A DNA stretch of 64,000 bases, taken from Fibrobacterales bacterium. GTDB taxonomy: Bacteria > Fibrobacterota > Fibrobacteria > Fibrobacterales > JAOPTW01. The notes beneath the pieces were generated by a model that saw only the letters and a list, made by a program, of their open reading frames with translations, made no database searches and was not told the DNA's origin. The position numbers and the translations under genes were made by a program. Each line of letters begins with the position of its first letter. The first letter of the stretch is position 1. Shown here piece by piece: positions 28,759-39,295 of this stretch. The stretch is taken from positions 125,115 to 189,114 of the forward strand of contig JAOPTX010000032.1 of NCBI GenBank assembly GCA_051532055.1, written 5' to 3'.

Positions 28759-29433
28759 ATGCAAAATTCTCGACCAGCCCCTCGTCAAAACCGTCTCAAG
28801 CCAACAATGAAAAACATGGGTGTACTTCTCAAAAGTCATGGTGTTGAGATCAATAATGAGACCCTTGAAAAACTTTGGGAATTTCATCAGCTCCTGAGAG
28901 AAAATAATACTGACCAAGATTTAAGTCGACTCAATGCATTCGAAACAATTATTGAGCGTCACTATGCTGACTGCATGATAATTAATGCATTTGAACAAAA
29001 TTGGCCAAAAAAGATGCTCGACATTGGTTCAGGTGCAGGGTTCCCTGGAATACCCTTTAAATTAATCCACCCCGAGATTCACCTCACCCTTTGTGAACCA
29101 CGACAACGCCGTTGTGACTTCATGGGTATGGTTATTGAAAAACTCGACCTCCCTAATGTTGAAATTTTCAACCATAAAGTGACCTCAAAAAGTATGGACA
29201 TTCCCGTTGGTGGGATTATAACCCGTGCCTTTGAGCTCATGGAAAAAACACTTCCTCGAATAGAAAACGCACTTCAGCCCGGTGGCTATGCCTACTTTAT
29301 GAAAGGGCCTGCAGCCAAAGATGAAATTGCCACGTTCTCTAACCCGAATTATACTATTCACAAAGAGCACTGGTATACTATTCCCAATTCAAATCAGCAG
29401 AGAAGTTTGATCGTTTTAAAACGTAAAAAGTAG
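28759..29433 (+). CDS. rsmG: 16S rRNA m7G527 methyltransferase
   Basis: RHYADC, LDIGSGAGFPGIP, TRAF and MKG motifs. Confidence 0.93.
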   Translation: MQNSRPAPRQNRLKPTMKNMGVLLKSHGVEINNETLEKLWEFHQLLRENNTDQDLSRLNAFETIIERHYADCMIINAFEQNWPKKMLDIGSGAGFPGIPFKLIHPEIHLTLCEPRQRRCDFMGMVIEKLDLPNVEIFNHKVTSKSMDIPVGGIITRAFELMEKTLPRIENALQPGGYAYFMKGPAAKDEIATFSNPNYTIHKEHWYTIPNSNQQRSLIVLKRKK

Positions 29434-29517
29434 ACCGCTGCTTCATCGTTATATGTTATCTTCTTTTTAAGGAACTCTTCAAATGCCCATTTGAAGGTTT
29501 CACCATTTGGAGGAACA

Positions 29518-29766
29518 ATGAATAGTATACGGTGGATACGCAATATTATTGCCGATGGCCATAGGTACACACTAGAAATTCTTATCGGTGCGGACCTCAT
29601 AGCTGACAAGTGCTACGTTAGAATTAATCAGGAGCCAGAACTCTGGTTTACCCCTGATAGTGATGATCGAGATATCATTGTACAACGTGGAATTGACATT
29701 CTAAAGAAACGATTTGAAGGCCTCACCGTAACATCAGCCAATGGGCAACCATTTAATTGGGGCTAG
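29518..29766 (+). CDS. Small hypothetical protein
   Basis: GGAGG RBS before ATG 29518; 82 aa; ends 12 nt before the GH57 gene. Confidence 0.65.
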   Translation: MNSIRWIRNIIADGHRYTLEILIGADLIADKCYVRINQEPELWFTPDSDDRDIIVQRGIDILKKRFEGLTVTSANGQPFNWG

Positions 29767-29778
29767 GAGCAAAGGATT

Positions 29779-32295
29779 ATGGCAGAAAAACACCCTATTT
29801 ATCTCACGATACATGGACATTTTTATCAACCCCCTCGTGAAAACCCTTGGACTGATGAAGTTGAAATCCAGGACAGTGCACTCCCCAATCACGATTGGAA
29901 TGACCGCATTGCATCACAGTGCTATGATGCCAACTCCGCATCACGGCTATTGAATCCTTATGGCAAAATTTCGAAAATTATTAACAACTATGAATATATG
30001 AGCTTTAATTTTGGACCAACGCTCATGTCATGGATACGTGATAACCGTCCCGATACCTACAAACGCATTATTGAAGGTGATAAACAGAGTGCCAAAAGGC
30101 TCAATGGGCACGGCAACGCCATTGCCCAGGTATATAACCACATAATCATGCCTCTTGCCAACGAGCGTGAACGCCAGACACAAATAGAGTGGGGTATTAG
30201 AGATTTTGAATATCACTTTGGTCGTAAACCAGAAGGTATGTGGCTCGCAGAGACCGCTATTAACACAGCAACAGTAGTAGACCTCATAAAAGCTGGCATC
30301 AAATACACCATACTTGCGCCTACTCAAGCAGAAGCAGTTCGAGAGTTTGCCGATGACTCATGGTATGACGTAAGTCAAAGCACCATAGACCCAACGAGAC
30401 CCTACAGAATTTATCCTAAAGATGAAGATGGCGACCCCTTTATCGATGACGCATATCTCGATGTCTTCTTTTATGATGGCAACCTCTCATCTGCCGTTGG
30501 TTTTGAGCACCTACTCCGTAATGCACCCGCCTATATCGACAAGATAAAAGGCGCCTTCAATTATGAAAAGTCAGACCCACAGCTTATCTCCATTGCGACA
30601 GATGGAGAATCATATGGACACCATGAGCCCTTTGGGGATATGTGTGCTTCATACATGTTTGACCAAGTATGCCCTAAAGAGAATATTATTCCTGTCAACT
30701 TTGGTTATTTCTTAGAAAAAAAGCCGCCCATTGCAGAAGTGACCCTTAAAAATGGATTAGGTGAAGGTACCGCATGGTCATGTGCGCATGGTGTTGGACG
30801 ATGGTACCGTAACTGTGGTTGCACTACCGGTTCTCCTCCAGAATGGAATCAAGAATGGCGCGGTCCTGTACGGCATGCCTACAATTATCTTTCTAAACAT
30901 GCTATCCGAGTCTATGATAGCGAAGTAAAAAAACTATCTCACACAAAACCTAAAAAGCTCATTATTGAGTATGTTGACGTTTTACTCCACAAAGACTCTG
31001 CATTTACCGGTGAGTTCTTGAAGAAGCATCTCGTAACTACTGACAACTTTCAAGAGCGGGCCACACAGCTTCTCTGCCTTCTCGAAATGCAAAAGTATAC
31101 CATGTTTGCCTACACCAGTTGTGGGTGGTTCTTTGGAGAGATTAGTGGATTAGAACCTGTGCAAAACATGAAATATGCACGGCGCGCCATCGAATTAATG
31201 TCTTACTTTAAAACAAGTTTTTCCATAGATAAATTCCTCAACTTCCTCGATGGAGCCATAAGTAATATTGACGGCCGTACCGGCAAACAACTCTACCTTG
31301 ACTATACTGGGTCTCACCTCCCAACAACTTTTCGGGTTATTGCAGAAGTGCTCTATAGAGAGCTTCACGCAAAAACCCAATTTTGCTCTAACGTAGGTAT
31401 TTTTAATATAACGGTTGTTCCCGTTTCTACAAGTACTGTTAAAACATATACTGTTGCAATTGCAAACACGTCAACCTGGGAACGGGATTCTCTTGTCGTT
31501 GTTGGCCTTAAAAACCATTATGGAGATGATTACTTTGCCTTCTTACCGGATTCTGTGGACTTAAAGCTGTTTGACACTCTTAAAAGTCCAACACAAGATT
31601 TTGATACCGTGATCCAACTCTGTCCCGATGCAGTGCCCGTTGGCTTTAGAGACCTCTTTGATGATGCCTTCATCAATATTACACAAGAACTCATTGATAA
31701 CTCTTCTCGATCAATTTTAGAAGACTACAAAGTCTTCCCTAAAAAACATGGAATGATTATGGAGATCTTACAACAGTCACAGAAGCCATTAGATGAGAGT
31801 ATCGCAGTTCCTCTTAAAATGTCAATGTCGGCTTATGTGTATGATGCACTAGAGAAAGCCTTGAGCGAAGTCACCCCAGAGATTGAAGAAGAAATAGCCT
31901 CCCTCCGAAAAAGAGCGGCGTATTTACACCTCACTCTTAAAGCAGAGTGGATTGAGAAACGATTTGATACAAAAATAGAAGAGCTGATGCAAAGTATCAT
32001 CGATTCACCCGTCCCCCAAGTAATCAAACATATTACCAAGCTAATCACTCTCGCAGACTCCTTTAACATGACTATAAATAAGGGAGAGGTTGAAAACAAG
32101 GCATATCCACTCTACCTAAAAAACATGGACCTCTTTAAAAAAAGTGGCACCATGGACCTTGCCCTTGTTGAACTCTTCTCATGGCTTAACTTTGAGTTAC
32201 CCAAAGAGGTTTACGTTGATAAAAAAGCAAAAAGTTCACAAGGTGCTCATGATAACAGCAATAGAGCATTAGAAAAAGCTGAGGTATCGAGCTAA
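29779..32295 (+). CDS. Glycoside hydrolase family 57 / DUF3536 protein
   Basis: HGHFYQPPRENPW, GMWLAET, ATDGESYGHH, WSCAHGVGRW and YTSCGWFF motifs. Confidence 0.9.
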   Translation: MAEKHPIYLTIHGHFYQPPRENPWTDEVEIQDSALPNHDWNDRIASQCYDANSASRLLNPYGKISKIINNYEYMSFNFGPTLMSWIRDNRPDTYKRIIEGDKQSAKRLNGHGNAIAQVYNHIIMPLANERERQTQIEWGIRDFEYHFGRKPEGMWLAETAINTATVVDLIKAGIKYTILAPTQAEAVREFADDSWYDVSQSTIDPTRPYRIYPKDEDGDPFIDDAYLDVFFYDGNLSSAVGFEHLLRNAPAYIDKIKGAFNYEKSDPQLISIATDGESYGHHEPFGDMCASYMFDQVCPKENIIPVNFGYFLEKKPPIAEVTLKNGLGEGTAWSCAHGVGRWYRNCGCTTGSPPEWNQEWRGPVRHAYNYLSKHAIRVYDSEVKKLSHTKPKKLIIEYVDVLLHKDSAFTGEFLKKHLVTTDNFQERATQLLCLLEMQKYTMFAYTSCGWFFGEISGLEPVQNMKYARRAIELMSYFKTSFSIDKFLNFLDGAISNIDGRTGKQLYLDYTGSHLPTTFRVIAEVLYRELHAKTQFCSNVGIFNITVVPVSTSTVKTYTVAIANTSTWERDSLVVVGLKNHYGDDYFAFLPDSVDLKLFDTLKSPTQDFDTVIQLCPDAVPVGFRDLFDDAFINITQELIDNSSRSILEDYKVFPKKHGMIMEILQQSQKPLDESIAVPLKMSMSAYVYDALEKALSEVTPEIEEEIASLRKRAAYLHLTLKAEWIEKRFDTKIEELMQSIIDSPVPQVIKHITKLITLADSFNMTINKGEVENKAYPLYLKNMDLFKKSGTMDLALVELFSWLNFELPKEVYVDKKAKSSQGAHDNSNRALEKAEVSS

Positions 32296-32299
32296 CGTA

Positions 32300-33235
32300 T
32301 CAAACGAGTGTAACGTTAGAGTGAGTTGTTAATAAGGTATGCACCTGCTGGCATACCGATACTGCCTCTGTTGCACACTGTAGCGCGAAGTGATCGCTCT
32401 GCCCATCATCAATGAGAGTACTAAATGCTTTGTGCTCTTCCTCAAGGGGGTCAGAACTCAAAACGCTTTCCGCTTGGTGCACTAAATTATTATGAAGTCT
32501 CAGCCTTACTGCTCTATTGAGTAGATCGCATTCAATAGAACCATATTCACCTTCTATATTTATTATTCGTTCAGAGCGCTCAAATGCTCTGTCTGCACTG
32601 CAATGAACTTCCACATCACCAATAGTCAGTGTTACTGAGCAACAATCTTTAAACTGTATTTCATCACCTTGACATTTCAAGGCTGTAATCTCACAGCCCA
32701 GCATTGAAAAAATCAAATCTAAATCATGAATCATAAGATCATAAGATACATCACGATCAGATGTCTTTCGTCTCGTAGGAAGCGACCGACAACTCCGTAT
32801 AGACTTTAGTGCCCCCAGTTGCTCAACAAACTCACTCGTTCGAATCCAAGCAGGATTAAAGCGTTCACTATGCCCAACCATCAAAGGTGTATTGTATGCG
32901 TAAATCATCAATGATTCCGCATCACTTCGATCAAGTACAAAAGGCTTTTCAACCAATACTGGTATCTTTTGTTCAAGAAGCTGTCGCACAAGAGAATAGT
33001 GATCATCACACGACGCTGCAACTATTGCACCATCAAACTTGAGCCCATCAAGTGCCTCTGTAAGAGATATAAAACAACGGAGGTTATCTCGCCAAGTAGA
33101 AGTATTTTTATCAACTAATGCCGCTATGGTAAAACAAGAACCACGAAACACCGCATCAATATGTTTACTTCCCATGGCACCAAGACCAATAATCACGATT
33201 CTTTTTCTTTGAGGTGAACTCAATATCTCAACCAC
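32300..33235 (-). CDS. Gfo/Idh/MocA family oxidoreductase
   Basis: GLGAMG, VLVEKP, VGHSERFNP and DLMIHDLD motifs. Confidence 0.9.
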   Translation of the reverse strand: MVEILSSPQRKRIVIIGLGAMGSKHIDAVFRGSCFTIAALVDKNTSTWRDNLRCFISLTEALDGLKFDGAIVAASCDDHYSLVRQLLEQKIPVLVEKPFVLDRSDAESLMIYAYNTPLMVGHSERFNPAWIRTSEFVEQLGALKSIRSCRSLPTRRKTSDRDVSYDLMIHDLDLIFSMLGCEITALKCQGDEIQFKDCCSVTLTIGDVEVHCSADRAFERSERIINIEGEYGSIECDLLNRAVRLRLHNNLVHQAESVLSSDPLEEEHKAFSTLIDDGQSDHFALQCATEAVSVCQQVHTLLTTHSNVTLV

Positions 33236-33401
33236 TACTGTTATATAGGGCTAAAAATATCAATTTATTCCTTCTCAAGCGAGATATCAGGGGCTTTTCT
33301 TTATTATCAACTCAAAAACTCTTTCCTCTTATGCTCGAACATAAATAGTTATCTATTTTTACCTTAATAGACGTTTTTAGAGTTTGTAGGCCTAGAGAGT
33401 T

Positions 33402-34820
33402 ATGCATTTAAATTTTTCAGAAACCAGAGTTCTTATTATTGGCGATATTATGCTTGACCGATACTATATCGGGAATGTAGACCGGATATCACCCGAAGCG
33501 CCAGTGCCGGTAATACGTGTTAATAAAACAACCACCGCCCTTGGTGGGGCCGCAAATGTCGCCAACAACATTAGTCATTTAGGTGCAAAAGCAACACTCA
33601 TTGGCTTTTGTGGTCATGACAGTGATTACCACGAAGTAAAAGTTCTCTCGGAACAACAAAATATCGACCTCGATATTACCATATGTAGCAATCCTACTAT
33701 TACAAAATCACGAGTTATCGGTGAACACCAACAGATTACTCGTCTTGATTTTGAGAGTTCTACTCCCTACAGTAACGAAGAAATTCAAAAACTAGAAGAG
33801 GCCTTCACTAAAGCCCTTCCCGGTTCAGATATCGTAATTATTTCGGATTACGGGAAAGGAGTATGTACTCCAGAGCTCTGTCAATCAATCATCAGCCAAG
33901 CACGAGAGGCAGGCAAAAAAATTATCGTTGACCCTAAGGGTCAAAACTGGCAAAAATACCAGTATGCCTCATATATTACTCCCAACTTTAAAGAATTTAG
34001 AGAGCATCTTGCTATAGACATCGACAATGCTGATAGCGCCATTGAACAAAGTGCCCCTAACATTATACACCGACTCCATCTCGATAATCTACTCGTAACA
34101 AGATCACAAAAAGGCATGACACTTATCACCAATTGTGATGAGTTTTTTCACCGTCATACCGAAGCTCGCGATGTTTTTGATGTCAGTGGCGCTGGCGATA
34201 CCGTTGTTGCAACCCTTGCTGTCGCGATTGCGTCAGGTATGAATTCAAATCAAGCAATCAGTGTTGCGAATTCAGCTGCTGGAATTGTTGTGGGTAAAAT
34301 GGGAACTGCACCTATTGAAATTCGTGAACTCAAACGCAAAATTTTTGACCCAGACCTTGTTGAATCTCCTAAGATCGTATCCAAAGAGCAGCTTCTTACA
34401 TCGCTTGCCCAGGTAAAGCACCGAGATAAGACTGTAGTATTTACAAATGGCTGTTTTGATCTCGTTCATAGAGGCCACCTACAATACCTTAAAAAAGCAC
34501 GAAACTTTGGTGATATGCTCATTATTGGCCTCAACAGTGACCAATCAGTCCAAAGGCTAAAAGGCCCTGATCGACCAATTAATAATGAAAATGATAGAGC
34601 CCTTATGCTCGCCTCACTTGAATTTGTCGACTATGTCTGCATCTTTAATGAAGAAACACCATTTGAACTTCTTAAAGATATTCAACCTTCAATCCTCGTA
34701 AAAGGTGGAGACTACGCTCTCGATGAAGTAGTAGGCCGCGAATTTGCAAATGAAGTTCGATTAGTACAATTTGTAGATGGATATTCAACAACAAACATTA
34801 TTAAAAAAATGGAAAAATAA
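33402..34820 (+). CDS. hldE: Bifunctional heptose-7-phosphate kinase / heptose-1-phosphate adenylyltransferase
   Basis: RISPEAPVPV, SDYGKG, DVSGAGDT, FTNGCFDLVHRGH and LVKGGDY motifs. Confidence 0.96.
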   Translation: MHLNFSETRVLIIGDIMLDRYYIGNVDRISPEAPVPVIRVNKTTTALGGAANVANNISHLGAKATLIGFCGHDSDYHEVKVLSEQQNIDLDITICSNPTITKSRVIGEHQQITRLDFESSTPYSNEEIQKLEEAFTKALPGSDIVIISDYGKGVCTPELCQSIISQAREAGKKIIVDPKGQNWQKYQYASYITPNFKEFREHLAIDIDNADSAIEQSAPNIIHRLHLDNLLVTRSQKGMTLITNCDEFFHRHTEARDVFDVSGAGDTVVATLAVAIASGMNSNQAISVANSAAGIVVGKMGTAPIEIRELKRKIFDPDLVESPKIVSKEQLLTSLAQVKHRDKTVVFTNGCFDLVHRGHLQYLKKARNFGDMLIIGLNSDQSVQRLKGPDRPINNENDRALMLASLEFVDYVCIFNEETPFELLKDIQPSILVKGGDYALDEVVGREFANEVRLVQFVDGYSTTNIIKKMEK

Positions 34821-34821
34821 T

Positions 34822-35781
34822 ATGATTATTGTTACCGGTGGTGCAGGCTTTATTGGAAGTAACTTAGTTCATGGACTCAATAAAAAAGGGTACACAGATA
34901 TTCTTATTGTTGATAATCTCGCAAAGCCAGAGAAACATCTCAATCTTAATAGACTTGAATTTACTGACTATATTGACCGATATGAGTTTATAGAAAAACT
35001 CGATACGTTTACCGATGTCGAAGCTATTTTTCACCAGGGGGCCTGCTCAAAGACAACGGAAACAGACGGCCTCTACATGATGGATATCAACTACGACTAT
35101 TCCAAAACCCTCTATTCCTTTTGTCAAAAACAAGGCGCACGATTTATCTATGCCTCGAGTGCATCGGTCTATGGTAATGGTGATACAGGCTTTACAGAGC
35201 TCAGAGAAAATGAATATCCACTCAATATATATGCCTATTCAAAGTTTCTCTTTGACCAATGGATTCGTAAACAAGAGTGGAAATCAGAACATCAAGTAGC
35301 TGGACTCCGATATTTCAACGTGTATGGTCCACAAGAAAACCACAAAGAGTCTATGGCAAGTGTAATCTACCACTTTCATAACCAAATTAAAGAGAATGGT
35401 TCACTCAAAATATTTGAGGGCTCAGGCGATTTTATACGTGACTTTGTTTATGTGAATGATGTAGTCGATGTTAATCTTTTCTTACTCGAAAACCCTGGTG
35501 TTTCTGGAATATTTAATGTGGGAACAGGAAAAGCAGAAAGCTTTATGAGTATCGCTAAAATCATGTCCGAAGAAAACAACAATGCAGCAATAGAGACTAT
35601 TCCATTCCCAGAGCACCTAAAAGGTAAGTATCAAAAATATACGCAAGCAGATCTCACGAACCTTCGTCAAGCAGGTTATGAGGCCGATTTCATCTCTTTA
35701 GATGATGGAGTACGAGAGTATGCTCGTATACTTACAGAACAAAACGGGTTCCTTTTATATAAAAAACCCGCCTACAAGTAA
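34822..35781 (+). CDS. hldD: ADP-L-glycero-D-manno-heptose 6-epimerase
   Basis: IIVTGGAGFIGSN, FHQGACS, YAYSK, LRYFNVYGP and GKYQKYTQAD motifs. Confidence 0.96.
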   Translation: MIIVTGGAGFIGSNLVHGLNKKGYTDILIVDNLAKPEKHLNLNRLEFTDYIDRYEFIEKLDTFTDVEAIFHQGACSKTTETDGLYMMDINYDYSKTLYSFCQKQGARFIYASSASVYGNGDTGFTELRENEYPLNIYAYSKFLFDQWIRKQEWKSEHQVAGLRYFNVYGPQENHKESMASVIYHFHNQIKENGSLKIFEGSGDFIRDFVYVNDVVDVNLFLLENPGVSGIFNVGTGKAESFMSIAKIMSEENNNAAIETIPFPEHLKGKYQKYTQADLTNLRQAGYEADFISLDDGVREYARILTEQNGFLLYKKPAYK

Positions 35782-35869
35782 GCAAGCCACCTTCCTATCC
35801 CTCAAAGCAGAAAATTAACTCACCTCCTTCACTTATTTAAGACTATTTTAATGAGTGAAAGAGGTAATC

Positions 35870-36328
35870 ATGGCACATTATTGTTTAACTGGTTATGTTA
35901 AAAGTGATTCTGATATTCCAAGTTCAGTTCGGATCTATATTACAAACTGGAGCCCTGGGTTTATTACTGCTGAAATAATGGGGAGTGCACCTGGCCGCAA
36001 TAAAGACTTCATCAGTAAAACTGTCAAAACCTCTCAGCTAGATAGAATAACATACCGGAAAGTTCCCGAGCACCTCATCTATAAATTTCTTAAGATTTAT
36101 AACTCTCAAAAAACTGCTATAAAAATTACAGCCTCTTTTAACCAAAAAGTAGGGTCAAAATCAAAAGTCAAAGCTGAATTTACGCTCTATAGTTACGACA
36201 ACCAATGTGGGGTGGAGTCTATATCGGATCGAACCTACCATGAGACATTAATTCTTGGAGTTATCGCCGCTGTAATCACCCTCACCTTTGCATGGGTCGA
36301 AATCAGTCCATTCATACAATATCAATAA
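35870..36328 (+). CDS. Hypothetical protein with a C-terminal transmembrane anchor
   Basis: GAGG RBS before ATG 35870; hydrophobic C-terminal LILGVIAAVITLTFAWV. Confidence 0.6.
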   Translation: MAHYCLTGYVKSDSDIPSSVRIYITNWSPGFITAEIMGSAPGRNKDFISKTVKTSQLDRITYRKVPEHLIYKFLKIYNSQKTAIKITASFNQKVGSKSKVKAEFTLYSYDNQCGVESISDRTYHETLILGVIAAVITLTFAWVEISPFIQYQ

Positions 36329-36340
36329 TTTCAGCTTCAT

Positions 36341-37630
36341 TTAACTCAATTGATTCCTAACCCAATCCACCAACTCTTCTTTTGTATCTAATACTCCATC
36401 GAGCTGCAATTCAAAAGATTCTTTTATTAACACCCCCATATGAGGCCCCGGTTTGACACCAATTTCCATGAGTAATTTACCCGTAAGGAGTGGTTCTGGT
36501 GGAGCGTCCCACACACCAACAGCCCGGGCTCGTTTCTCAATCCACGATGATATATTTTCATATTCTACATCACCTCTCCCGCACAGCATGGCACCAGCAA
36601 TAAACGCTTGGTCTCGTAATGAAGCGTTGAGAGCCAACCTTCTCACCCACCCTTCAGTTGGTTCAATACTTTTTTTAAAGCCTTCAATCAAGATTCGATA
36701 ACTCCTTGTCAACGCCTTAACCCCTTTGATAAGTTTTACATCACGAGTCATCCTCTTCAAAAAAGATTCTACCACCTGTATTGGCATATGTGAACAAAGC
36801 ACGCTAAATTGTAGAATCTCTTCTTCTTTAGTTACCTCTCCGCGTTTTTCTGCTGCGGTATCAACCGTTCTCAATAGACTCTGCCATTCAATGTCTATCA
36901 ACTCATCTGAAAATTGAGCTATTTCAGGAAAAAACCGTGTAAGATCCATGGCAACAAGATTCGATAAGCCAATAGAAGGCCTTGATGCTTTAAATAACAA
37001 CTTTTGAAACTCATCGTAAAAACGCTCTGAAGAGAGTTCTGACAAATCTTGTTTACTACAAAGTACCATAGTTTCTGGTGCTATAGTGAGCTCAAAACGA
37101 GCAGAGAATTGTACCGCTCTTAAAGCACGCAGAGGATCCTCACTAAACGCATCACTTACATGGCGTAATGTCTTTAACTCAAGGTCCTTCAAACCACTAT
37201 TAGGGTCAGTCAATATTCCATTTTTCAACGACACTCCCATACTATTAATAGTAAAGTCTCGTCGTTTAGAGGCCGTTTCAAAGTCGAGCCAAGGGTCTGA
37301 TTGTATAGTAAATGCTGTATGCCCTATACCACACTTTTCTTCAGTTCTTGGAAAGGCAAATTCGAAGTCCTCTCCATCCACTGTTAAGAGGTACACGCCA
37401 AAGGCCTTACCAACCAAGCCCGGCCTACCAAATAAACTAAGTACTTCAAGAAGCCCTTTTTCTGTGAGAGCATAGACTTCAATGTCGTAATCTTTAGATG
37501 GGAAACCAAGAAGCGCATCACGAACCCAGCCACCAACTAGGTATGCATTACCACCACGATGAGCTATCTCCTTCGCAATTTTTTTGAGTACCTCTGGCAG
37601 CCTTGTTAACGCATCATCTATACTTTTCAT
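36341..37630 (-). CDS. cca: Class II tRNA nucleotidyltransferase (CCA-adding type)
   Basis: LVGGWVRD, DYDIE, RRDFTIN, EDPLR and ERFYDE motifs; KPGP near the C-terminus. Confidence 0.88.
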   Translation of the reverse strand: MKSIDDALTRLPEVLKKIAKEIAHRGGNAYLVGGWVRDALLGFPSKDYDIEVYALTEKGLLEVLSLFGRPGLVGKAFGVYLLTVDGEDFEFAFPRTEEKCGIGHTAFTIQSDPWLDFETASKRRDFTINSMGVSLKNGILTDPNSGLKDLELKTLRHVSDAFSEDPLRALRAVQFSARFELTIAPETMVLCSKQDLSELSSERFYDEFQKLLFKASRPSIGLSNLVAMDLTRFFPEIAQFSDELIDIEWQSLLRTVDTAAEKRGEVTKEEEILQFSVLCSHMPIQVVESFLKRMTRDVKLIKGVKALTRSYRILIEGFKKSIEPTEGWVRRLALNASLRDQAFIAGAMLCGRGDVEYENISSWIEKRARAVGVWDAPPEPLLTGKLLMEIGVKPGPHMGVLIKESFELQLDGVLDTKEELVDWVRNQLS

Positions 37631-37748
37631 TATACCATCTCTGTTGATTGTGCAAAATGTACTTTTTGCACCACTATGATCTATAGATTCTCTGATATTA
37701 TACCTCTTTTTATCTATTTTTTGCTGCGTAACTAAAAGAGGGACACCT

Positions 37749-38363
37749 ATGAGCCGGCCAATGATTAAAGTTTGTGGAATTACTGAACTTCACAATGCAC
37801 TTGCGATTGAATCACTTGGTGTCGAATATATAGGCTTCAACTTTATTCCCTCTTCAAAACGATATATCAGTCCCGAATCTGCGCAAAAAATCATTAGTCA
37901 ATTAACATCAGCTATTCCCGTTGGTATTTTCATGGATCAACCCATCGATCATGTAAACAAGTCTATTGAAGTATCGGGTATTAACCTTGTACAATTGCAT
38001 GGAACCGAGGCCCCAAACTACTGCTCACAAGTAAGTGCATCGGTCATTAAAGTTTTTTCAATTACCCATAATTTTGATCTCACTATTCTTGAAAAATATC
38101 CAACAAAATTCCATCTTTTTGATGCCCAAAGTGGTTCTGAAAGAGGGGGTACTGGTACTACTTTTGACTGGAGCCTTATCACATCATCCACCAATAAAAC
38201 GCCTTGGTTTTTAGCTGGTGGGATTGGGCCAAAAAACATAATTGATGCGACTCAAACAACGGGTGTCTTTGGACTCGACCTTAACAGTAAATTTGAGATT
38301 AAACCAGGTATGAAGTCGATCGATTTATTGCGACAATCCCTTGTAGCGTTAAACAATGTTTGA
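37749..38363 (+). CDS. trpF: Phosphoribosylanthranilate isomerase
   Basis: IKVCGIT, VQLHGTE, GGTGTTFDW, LAGG and DLNSKFE motifs. Confidence 0.94.
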   Translation: MSRPMIKVCGITELHNALAIESLGVEYIGFNFIPSSKRYISPESAQKIISQLTSAIPVGIFMDQPIDHVNKSIEVSGINLVQLHGTEAPNYCSQVSASVIKVFSITHNFDLTILEKYPTKFHLFDAQSGSERGGTGTTFDWSLITSSTNKTPWFLAGGIGPKNIIDATQTTGVFGLDLNSKFEIKPGMKSIDLLRQSLVALNNV

Positions 38364-38829
38364 ATATAACTGAACAGGTTAGAAAAGAATTTTTTAAAAA
38401 AACACTACTCTCTTTTAAAAATATCTCCTAAAAAACAATCCAGTCAATTTCCACCAACTCCTTACTAATTTTAAAAAAGTGAACTTTTCACCCTTGAAAA
38501 CCAGCACTTTTTCACTGTTTTTTAATGCAAAACCAAAAAAAGTTTAAGTTTATTTTCACGCTCTTTTCCCCTTATTTAATATGGGCTTTAGATATAGGCC
38601 AACAACAGAAAAAAAACAACACAACACACTCCACCCCCTATAAAACAACGGATAAAACGCATCGACACTTATTTACACCCTTCACACACACAACATCAAC
38701 CATCAGTAAACCCTTATGGGATATCACTTTACAAGAACCCAAAATGACATGCAATGAAATTTTTATCTTGTTTTCTGTATCAAAATAATATTATCTTATA
38801 AACATACAGTTCAAAAACAGTGGCGAGAA

Positions 38830-39192
38830 ATGGCTAAGAAAGTTGTAAAGAAAAAAGTGGCAAAAAAAGCAACAAAGAAAAAAGTAGCAAAGAAAAAAGT
38901 TGCTAAAAAGAAAGTTGCTAAAAAAGTAACAAAGAAGAAAGTTGCTAAAAAGAAAGTTGCAAAGAAAAAAGTAGCGAAGAAAAAGGTCGCTAAAAAGAAA
39001 GTTGCAAAGAAAAAAGTGGCGAAGAAAAAGGTCGCTAAAAAGAAAGTTGCAAAGAAAAAAGTAGCGAAAAAGAAAGTCGCTAAAAAGAAAGTTGCAAAGA
39101 AAAAAGTAGCGAAAAAAGTTGCAAAGAAAAAAGTGGCGAAAAAGAAAGTCGCTAAAAAAGTTGCAAAGAAAAAAGTCGCTAAAAAGAAATAA
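38830..39192 (+). CDS. Histone H1-like, lysine-rich repeat protein (25 units of xxKK/xxKKK, mostly VAKKK)
   Basis: 70 of 120 residues are Lys; only M/A/K/V/T are used. Synonymous variation in Val, Ala and Lys codons with a constant peptide indicates selection on this frame. Confidence 0.85.
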   Translation: MAKKVVKKKVAKKATKKKVAKKKVAKKKVAKKVTKKKVAKKKVAKKKVAKKKVAKKKVAKKKVAKKKVAKKKVAKKKVAKKKVAKKKVAKKKVAKKVAKKKVAKKKVAKKVAKKKVAKKK

Positions 39193-39295
39193 TTGAATCA
39201 TTGTGACTCGATAAACTTAGCCGCTCTCTGTTGGTTTTCTTCCTAAGAGACCCCTGAGTTTCCACACTAAGTCACCAATCGATATCGTTATTACT

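Noticed and set aside
38525..38788. 87-aa ORF in the AT-rich gap
   Set aside because: It has no RBS, biased low-complexity composition and no recognisable motif.
38791..39201. 136-aa Phe-rich ORF on the minus strand
   Set aside because: It is the antisense shadow of the KKKVA gene. Third-position variation is synonymous only in the plus-strand frame.
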